Part shown: positions 58,096 to 64,000 of the stretch, one piece after another
Layout: every line of letters begins with the position of its first letter
Position numbering within the stretch: the first letter of the stretch is position 1
Origin: Tepidisphaera sp.
GTDB lineage: Bacteria > Planctomycetota > Phycisphaerae > Phycisphaerales > UBA1924
Direction: 5' to 3'
NCBI GenBank assembly: GCA_050916045.1
Contig: CP051526.1
Location: 4,000,001-4,064,000 of the forward strand
DNA length: 64,000 nucleotides
Made by a program: the position numbers and the translations under genes
Notes under the pieces: model-generated
Seen by the model: only the letters and a program-made list of their open reading frames with translations
Told to the model about the DNA's origin: nothing
The model's database searches: none

Positions 58096-58419
58096 ATGTC
58101 GAAACTCGAATCCCTCAAGCCCGGCCAGAAGATCGCCTGCACCATCACCAAGCTGCCCGAAGCGGCCGCGGACACGAAGACGCTCACCCGTCTCATGCGC
58201 CTCGACCCGGCGAACGCCAAGTCCCTCCGCCGCGCCCAGAACCTCCGCCGTCAGCGGATGGTCGTCTACAACCGCGGTAACCGCGACTGGGTCAGCCGCG
58301 AGTCCTGCGCCAAGGTCGTCCACATCGCCATCGGCGAGAACTGGACCATGACCTACCGCCTCGACCTCGTCAACGAGCTCCGCAACCTCGCCGATTTCAT
58401 CACGATCAAGTCCGCTTGA
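58096..58419 (+). CDS. small basic hypothetical protein
   Basis: 107 aa, strongly C/G-ending codons, Arg-rich core (RRAQNLRRQR); alternative ATG at 58087. Confidence 0.75.
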   Translation: MSKLESLKPGQKIACTITKLPEAAADTKTLTRLMRLDPANAKSLRRAQNLRRQRMVVYNRGNRDWVSRESCAKVVHIAIGENWTMTYRLDLVNELRNLADFITIKSA

Positions 58420-58449
58420 TCGATCGGCTGACCGACTCGGCCCTTCGCC

Positions 58450-58929
58450 ATGCATTCGAATCACCAGTTCGTTCAGGCCCGACGCCGCGCGTCGGGCTTT
58501 TTCACGCTTCCGCCCTTCCGAACCGCGGCGCGTCTGCTCCTGCTCGCCGCCAGCGTCCTAGCCGTCGCGCCCGCCCCACTCCTCCTCTCCGCGTGCGAGA
58601 AGAAAGCTCCCGCCGCGGAACCGGGCCCGACGCACACCGTCCGCGGCCGCGTGATGAAGCTTCCCGTCGCCGGCGATCCTTCCTCGTCCTTCTCCCTCTT
58701 TCACGAGGAGATCGCGGACTGGCTTAGGCCAGATGGAACGCGCGGCATGGGCGCCATGGTGATGCCGTTCCCCTTGGCTTCGGGCGTCTCGGTGGACGAC
58801 CTTCGCGTCGGAGACATCGTCGAGTTATCGGTGCGACAGTTCAAGACCGGTCCCCTTCCTTATGAAGCGACGTCGGTCCGAAAGCTCCCCGCGGACACCG
58901 CGCTCACGCTGCCCGATCGCGGAAGCTGA
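58450..58929 (+). CDS. CusF-like copper-binding lipoprotein
   Basis: Lipobox LSA-C; HEEI...MGAMVMPF and LRVGDIV, matching the CusF H-M-M ligand pattern. Confidence 0.75.
   Translation: MHSNHQFVQARRRASGFFTLPPFRTAARLLLLAASVLAVAPAPLLLSACEKKAPAAEPGPTHTVRGRVMKLPVAGDPSSSFSLFHEEIADWLRPDGTRGMGAMVMPFPLASGVSVDDLRVGDIVELSVRQFKTGPLPYEATSVRKLPADTALTLPDRGS
58475..58503 (+). terminator. intrinsic terminator inside the 5' end of the CusF-like ORF
   Basis: AGGCCCGACGC-CGC-GCGTCGGGCTT followed by TTT. Confidence 0.7.
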
Positions 58930-59001
58930 CACGCGTCCGCAGCCCGAGGCCCCTCCGAAAGAACCGGGCAAAAGCCCACAAAGACCCGCGGAAAACCACA
59001 C

Positions 59002-59105
59002 AAAAGAAAAAACCCGGCGCTCGAGGCAAAGCCTGAACACCGGGTCTCGTGGGGGTCTTGGTTGGAAGTTCTGATCGGTCGAGCAGAATCGCGTCGCAGA
59101 CACCA
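59002..59105 (-). ncRNA. candidate small RNA or long 3' UTR of the UDG gene
   Basis: TGAAAC-N17-CGTAAT upstream, an internal hairpin, a C-rich single strand and a strong terminator ACCCGGTGTTCAGGC-TTT-GCCTCGAGCGCCGGGT-TTTTTCTTTT. Confidence 0.45.
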
Positions 59106-59153
59106 GTCATTACGACGCTCATCTACGGGCGGTTTCAGTTCACGCTGATTTTT

Positions 59154-60140
59154 TTACGCCGGCTTTTTCCCGACAATCCCCAAACGGTCCATGACCATCT
59201 TGAGATCCGACCACACCTTGGCTCGGTTCTCGTCGGAATAGCTTCGGAGCAGGAACGCCGGGTGGTACGTCGGCATGAACGGAATCTTGACGCCGCGAGC
59301 GTCCTCGATCTCCCACCACCGGCCGCGCAAGCGGCTCATCGGCTCGCCGCCGCCGAGCAGCGCTCCGCAGGCGGACAAGCCAAGCCCCACCACCGCTTCG
59401 GGCCGCACGATCGAGAGTTGTTCGAGCAGGTACGGGCGACAGGCTTCCACCTCGTCGAGCGTCGGCGTGCGGTTGCCCGGCGGACGCGTCTTGAGCACGT
59501 TGCAGATGTAGACCTCCGCACGAGACAAGCCCATCGCGACGATCATCTTGTCGAGAAGCTGGCCGGACCGGCCCACGAACGGCTTGCCCTGGAGGTCCTC
59601 GTCCTCGCCGGGCGCTTCGCCGACGAAGCAAAGCCTGGCCGCCGGGTCACCATCGCTCCACACGATGTTCGTAAACGTGGTGTCGAATCGGGCGTGAGGC
59701 GCATCGGCTTCGTAACGCGCCCGCAGTGCGGCGAGCGCGGCTTCGTTGGTCGCGCGATCCTTGTCGCCGAGCGGCCCGAGCGCTGCGCTGGCCGGCGTGC
59801 GGACGCTCGCCGCCGGAGGGCGAGGCGCGGGCGAAGGCGCTGCGATCGGCGCGACGGGAACCGGAGCACGCGCCTCGGCGGCAACCGGCTTGCCCGACGC
59901 GAGCGCCGGACTGGCGGCCGGGCGGGGGGAGGGGTGCGGAGCCGAATGGGAAGCTGTGCGGGCGGCGGGGACCTCGACCACGGCAGGCGGCGGCTCGGAG
60001 GATTCGACAGCCTCGCCCAAAGCCACGGCCGACCCGTTTCGATACGAGGGCACGAAATCCACGCCCATGAGCTGAGCCGTGCGAGCGTGCTGACGCACCA
60101 GTCGCGCAAGATCGGGACGGGCCGGTTCGGGAGTGTCCAT
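59154..60140 (-). CDS. uracil-DNA glycosylase family 4
   Basis: FVGEAPG, PFVGRSGQLL, NVLKTRPPGNR, PTYHPAFLL; Pro/Ala-rich N-terminal linker. Confidence 0.92.
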   Translation of the reverse strand: MDTPEPARPDLARLVRQHARTAQLMGVDFVPSYRNGSAVALGEAVESSEPPPAVVEVPAARTASHSAPHPSPRPAASPALASGKPVAAEARAPVPVAPIAAPSPAPRPPAASVRTPASAALGPLGDKDRATNEAALAALRARYEADAPHARFDTTFTNIVWSDGDPAARLCFVGEAPGEDEDLQGKPFVGRSGQLLDKMIVAMGLSRAEVYICNVLKTRPPGNRTPTLDEVEACRPYLLEQLSIVRPEAVVGLGLSACGALLGGGEPMSRLRGRWWEIEDARGVKIPFMPTYHPAFLLRSYSDENRAKVWSDLKMVMDRLGIVGKKPA

Positions 60141-60201
60141 GACTCAGTGTATTGCCGGAACCGCGGCACTCACGGGGCCACCGGCGGCGCCCGACCACCG
60201 A

Positions 60202-61287
60202 TTAGTTGGCGGCTTCGATGTAGACGTCGATGGCCAGCCCGGGGTAGAGAGGGTGGTTGGCGGTCCCCTCGACCTCGAACACCACCTCGACCACGCGGGT
60301 GTCGACGCGCTCGACGTTGGCGCCGCTCAGCTGGCTTTTGGGCCGGGCGAAGGGCTCGATGCGAACGATGCGAAGCGGGAGGTCGATGACGCGGACGCCG
60401 CGCGTGCGGCCGAGGGCTTTGGAAGTTTCGCTGACTGCGGCGATGTCCTCCTCATCCACCTGGGCCCGGACGTAGAGCTTGGAAAGGTCTCCGAGGACGA
60501 TCTCGCCCGGGGTCGCGCCGGGGCCGACGATTTCGCCGGGCTCGACATCGCGTCGGAGGATGGTGCCATCGCGCGGAGCCCGGACGGTGTACCGCTCGAG
60601 TTCGAGCTCGATCGCTTCGACTTTGGCGAGTTGTTCGCGAAGCTCCGCTTCGGTGATGGCGAGGTCGGGCTTCCAGCCGCCGGCGCGGGCTTTGTCAAGA
60701 TCGGCTTTGGCGCGAGCGAGGGAAGCGGACGCTTCGAGGAGGCGAGCTTTGGCGTCATCGAGCGCGAACCGCGCCGACTGAGCTTCGCGTTCGGACCGGG
60801 CGCCGTTCTTGACGGCTTCCTCGATCCGGCTGAGGTCGTCGTCGCGGCTTGCGACGTCGACGCGAGCGGCGGCTTCGAGAGCGGCGGCGGACTCGACGGC
60901 GGACTCGAGCGGGGGAAGGTCCTCGGCCCGCGGAAGGGCTTTCCAGCGTTCGATCGCGGCTTGTTTGACGGGCACGGCAGCGCGGAGTCGGACGAGCTCG
61001 GCCCGGGGAAGGCGGTCATCGACCGTGTAGAGGACGTCGCCCTTGGCGACCTTGTCACCGACCTTGACCTTGACCTCGGTGACGACGCCCGAGACCGCGG
61101 AAGCGATGGCGGACTCGCGCTCGGCGCATTCGACGACACCCAGGGAAGCCACGCCCTTGACGAAGGGATTGACGGAAGGCATCCGCTCGGGCTTGATGTC
61201 CGGTGGTGTCGGGAAAGTGGGCGTCAGAGCGACCATCGCCAGCCCGAACCCCGCGATCGCAAGCACCAAGGTGATCCAACGAACCAT
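60202..61287 (-). CDS. HlyD-family periplasmic adaptor subunit
   Basis: VKVGDKVAKGDVL lipoyl-like half, coiled coil, VRAPRDG, ERVDTRVVEV; AAGGAG SD before ATG 61287. Confidence 0.88.
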   Translation of the reverse strand: MVRWITLVLAIAGFGLAMVALTPTFPTPPDIKPERMPSVNPFVKGVASLGVVECAERESAIASAVSGVVTEVKVKVGDKVAKGDVLYTVDDRLPRAELVRLRAAVPVKQAAIERWKALPRAEDLPPLESAVESAAALEAAARVDVASRDDDLSRIEEAVKNGARSEREAQSARFALDDAKARLLEASASLARAKADLDKARAGGWKPDLAITEAELREQLAKVEAIELELERYTVRAPRDGTILRRDVEPGEIVGPGATPGEIVLGDLSKLYVRAQVDEEDIAAVSETSKALGRTRGVRVIDLPLRIVRIEPFARPKSQLSGANVERVDTRVVEVVFEVEGTANHPLYPGLAIDVYIEAAN

Positions 61288-61307
61288 CGAACGCTCCTTG
61301 CAACCGT

Positions 61308-62441
61308 TCAGGACGAGAAGACCCTCGCGGGCGAGACGGTGATGACCTTTCGCAGGCTCATCGCGCACGCGAGGAGAATGCAGACCAGCATCGCGACTCC
61401 GGACCCCGCGACAAGCTGCCACGGCAGGATGGAATCAAGCTCGGTCGTCGGCGAGTTCTGGATCAGGAGGCTGAAGATCGAGGTGACCCCGATCCCGATG
61501 CCGAACCCGATCACACCGGCGGTCATGGCTTGGACCAGCACCATGGACACAAGCCGCCAACTGCTTGCTCCCATGGCTTTCAGAACGGCGAAATGCTTGA
61601 GGTTCTCGATGGTGAACTGGTAGAAGATCGCGGCCGAGAGCGCCACGCCCACCGTGAACCCCAGGAAGATCGTGATGCCGAAGTTGATGCCGATGCCGGT
61701 CTCGCGAAGGACCCACTTGGTCGACCGCTGGACGAACTGCTTGCTCGTCAGGGCGACCATGTCGCCCAACGCGTCGATCCGCTTGGCGACGGCTCCCAGG
61801 TCTTCGTCCTTTTGGGCTTTGACGAGGATGAAGCTGATCCGCTCGCGCCCGGTGGGCGTGAAGGTCACGGCGTTGTCGAACGTCGTGTAGAGCACCGCGT
61901 TGCTTTCAAAGCCCTTTTTGGCTCTGCAGAACCCGACGATCACCGCACGCCGGTCGTTGAGCTTGAGCGTGTCGCCGATCTTGGGGTTGTTCAGCTTGAC
62001 GCGGGCCGAATCCTCGATCATTACCGCGTCGGGATTGCGAAGATCATCAAGGGAACCCTCGAGCACCTCCGGCGGCCGCCCGATGAGGCTTGAGCGCGGA
62101 AGCCCGATGAGCTGGCACCGCTGGAAGCGGCCATCGGGCATCTCGATGTTCGCGAAGGAGTTGAAGAAGGGTTCGGCCCACTCGACGCCGGGCACGCTCC
62201 GCACGCGGTCCAGAGCCCGGTCCTCGAGCGGGCGATACTCCGCCGACCACGTCGTGCTCGGATCGATCACCCACAGATCCGGCTGCCCCACGTTCTGAAG
62301 CGGGCCCGTCGATCGCACCAAGAGCCCCAGAAAGAACGAGGCCTGCTGATTGATCAGAAGGGTCGCGAACGCCAGCCCGAGGATCAGCGTGAGGTACTTC
62401 CCCGTGTCGCCAAAGAGCATTTTGAGCGCGATCAGAAGCAC
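61308..62441 (-). CDS. ABC transporter permease (FtsX/MacB/DevC-like)
   Basis: ALKMLFGDTGKY, a periplasmic domain, FAVLKAMGAS, three C-terminal TM helices. Confidence 0.88.
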   Translation of the reverse strand: MLLIALKMLFGDTGKYLTLILGLAFATLLINQQASFFLGLLVRSTGPLQNVGQPDLWVIDPSTTWSAEYRPLEDRALDRVRSVPGVEWAEPFFNSFANIEMPDGRFQRCQLIGLPRSSLIGRPPEVLEGSLDDLRNPDAVMIEDSARVKLNNPKIGDTLKLNDRRAVIVGFCRAKKGFESNAVLYTTFDNAVTFTPTGRERISFILVKAQKDEDLGAVAKRIDALGDMVALTSKQFVQRSTKWVLRETGIGINFGITIFLGFTVGVALSAAIFYQFTIENLKHFAVLKAMGASSWRLVSMVLVQAMTAGVIGFGIGIGVTSIFSLLIQNSPTTELDSILPWQLVAGSGVAMLVCILLACAMSLRKVITVSPARVFSS

Positions 62442-62457
62442 GCCCGATCCTAGGTTG

Positions 62458-63240
62458 TCAGCGCATCAGGTTGTACTTCAGAATGCACCAAAGCGCCGAG
62501 AATCCGTCGTGCCAGCGGATCTTCTTCCCCTCCGCGTACGTCCGCCCCGCGTAGCTCACCGCAGTCTCATAGATCCGAAGCGGACGCTTCGCTCCCGCCG
62601 CATCCGGCCCTTCGCTCACCCGCATGCCCGCGAGCTTGGCCACGATCTCGGGCTCGACCCCGAACCGGTCCTCCTCGATCGTGAGGCGCGCGGCCACCTC
62701 GCGCGTGAACGCTTTGAAACAACATTCGATGTCCGACAGATTTAGGTTCGTGCAGACGTTGGAGAAAAGCGTCAGACCCCGGTTCGCCACAAAGTGCCAG
62801 AAGTAAAGCACGCGGTGCGAAAGCCCCAGAAAGCGCGACCCGATCACCGCGTCCGCCCGGATCGCCTCATCGAGCATCGGGTCCAGCATGGCTTCGTGGT
62901 CGCGCGGGTCATACTCCAGGTCCGCGTCGTGGATGATGAACAGATCCGCCTGCTCGCCCGCCGGACCCCGCCACTCCAGCGCCGAAGCCAGCGCCGTCCG
63001 GATCGCCGCTCCCTTCCCCTGATTCCGCGGATGGTGCACCACCGTCACATCCGGACGCGCCGCAAGCCCGGTGAGCGCCGAGGGCGTCAGGTCCGTCGAT
63101 CCGTCATCCACAATGAAAAGCCGGCGCTCGATCGGCGTGCCGTCCGCCGCCATCGTGCGAGGCACGGCGTCAAGCCGCGCGATCGCCCGCTCGATCAGCC
63201 GTTCTTCGTTGTAGACAGGGATGAGGACCGCGAGAATCAC
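62458..63240 (-). CDS. glycosyltransferase family 2 (DPM1-like)
   Basis: IPVYNEE, VDDGSTD, NQGKGAA, HDADLEYDP, RFGVEPE, GRTYAEGKKI. GTG 63240 chosen because TACGGT lies 5 nt upstream. Confidence 0.92.
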   Translation of the reverse strand: MILAVLIPVYNEERLIERAIARLDAVPRTMAADGTPIERRLFIVDDGSTDLTPSALTGLAARPDVTVVHHPRNQGKGAAIRTALASALEWRGPAGEQADLFIIHDADLEYDPRDHEAMLDPMLDEAIRADAVIGSRFLGLSHRVLYFWHFVANRGLTLFSNVCTNLNLSDIECCFKAFTREVAARLTIEEDRFGVEPEIVAKLAGMRVSEGPDAAGAKRPLRIYETAVSYAGRTYAEGKKIRWHDGFSALWCILKYNLMR

Positions 63241-63297
63241 GACCAACCGTATTCGGGATCCCCCCGGCCCGATTCCACGGCCCGGGCCGGTCCTGGC

Positions 63298-64000
63298 TTA
63301 CCCGAACAGGTCCGGCTCGCGCGTCAGGATCCGCTTCTGAGCGTTGGACAGGCCCAGGAGCGACAGGTCCCTCTCACGGACCCAACGCCGCTCGACCGCC
63401 GTGTGATTCGCCGGGACCTTCAGGGCCCGCTCGGCACCCCCGGCCCCCAGCGCCCCGCCGATCGCCGAGAACCGAACCTCCCGGTGCGTCGTCTGGTGGA
63501 CGAACGCGAACGCGGACCCCGTCGTGATCCTGACCCCCTCAAGCCCGAGTTCGCTCAGAACCTCCCGGACCGCCATGCCGCACTCCGCATGCGGTCGCTC
63601 GAGGGTGGGCGCTTGCCAAAGGCCGGCCCACATCCCCGTCCCGGCCCGCCGCTCCACCAGGAGCAGCCCTCGAGGATCGCGCACCACCACCACCTCGCAC
63701 CGCAGAATCGACCGTTTGGCCTGTTTCTTCGCAGCGGGAATCTCCTCCTGCTTGCCGATCCGACGGGCTTCGCAGACCTTGGACACGGGGCACGCTTCGC
63801 ACCTCGGCGATCGAGGGGTGCACACCACGGCTCCAAGCTCCATCAAGCCTTCGTTGAAACCGGCGACACGGCCGCCGGCCGCCCGGGCGAGCTGCCCCGC
63901 TCGCTCCCAGCACCAGTCAGCACCCTCGGCCGCGGAAACCTCCCGCCCCTCGAGTCGAAGCAGAACGCGAGCGACGTTCCCATCCACGATCGGCTCGGGC
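63298..64000 (-). CDS. mutY: A/G-specific adenine glycosylase (5' part outside window)
   Basis: VDGNVARV, MELGAVVCTPRSPRCEACPVSKVC Fe-S motif, NUDIX-like C-terminal domain. Confidence 0.92.
   Translation of the reverse strand, partial: PEPIVDGNVARVLLRLEGREVSAAEGADWCWERAGQLARAAGGRVAGFNEGLMELGAVVCTPRSPRCEACPVSKVCEARRIGKQEEIPAAKKQAKRSILRCEVVVVRDPRGLLLVERRAGTGMWAGLWQAPTLERPHAECGMAVREVLSELGLEGVRITTGSAFAFVHQTTHREVRFSAIGGALGAGGAERALKVPANHTAVERRWVRERDLSLLGLSNAQKRILTREPDLFG

Noticed and set aside
57886..58464. N-terminal extension of the MEMO1 ORF, and the 557-aa plus-strand ORF 56746-58419
   Set aside because: Each overlaps the other real gene in antisense; the true genes are 56527-57885 (-) and 58096-58419 (+).
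1..64000. CRISPR arrays, tRNA/rRNA, IS elements, integrase or prophage
   Set aside because: No regularly spaced direct repeats, cloverleaf or rRNA signatures, or transposase, recombinase or phage ORFs were seen by eye.

Overview
High-GC bacterial chromosomal window, most likely from a Planctomycetota (Phycisphaerales-like) genome. This is inferred from a C-terminal GC-type dockerin repeat, CxxCGYD..CPECG zinc ribbons and an insert-rich signal peptidase I. Content is mostly housekeeping: pgpA/pgsA, a membrane-arm-only nuoJKLMN operon, pepF, thiC with a TPP riboswitch, purE/purK, class II DAHP synthase, lpdA, acs, bamA, gatCA, a family-4 UDG and mutY. There are also secreted proteases, exported peroxiredoxins, glycosyltransferases, an animal-type GH56 hyaluronidase-like gene and a histone-H1-like protein. 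I found no rRNA, tRNA, CRISPR array, transposase or prophage. The most unusual signal is non-coding, and genes fall into two classes. (1) At least 13 genes look leaderless: a TANNNT -10 box sits 5-7 nt before the start codon. (2) Seven transcription units that do have a 5' leader carry a 3' trailer complementary to their own leader or RBS (nuoJK, nuoLMN, a Zn-metalloprotease, a GT4, HtrA, GH56 and a small basic protein). Several of the non-identities read as G-U pairs in the mRNA, which suggests long-range 'panhandle' stalks that close each mRNA and bring stop and start codons together. Two candidate sRNAs and two structured leaders were also seen. All pairings were read by eye and still need a statistical test.
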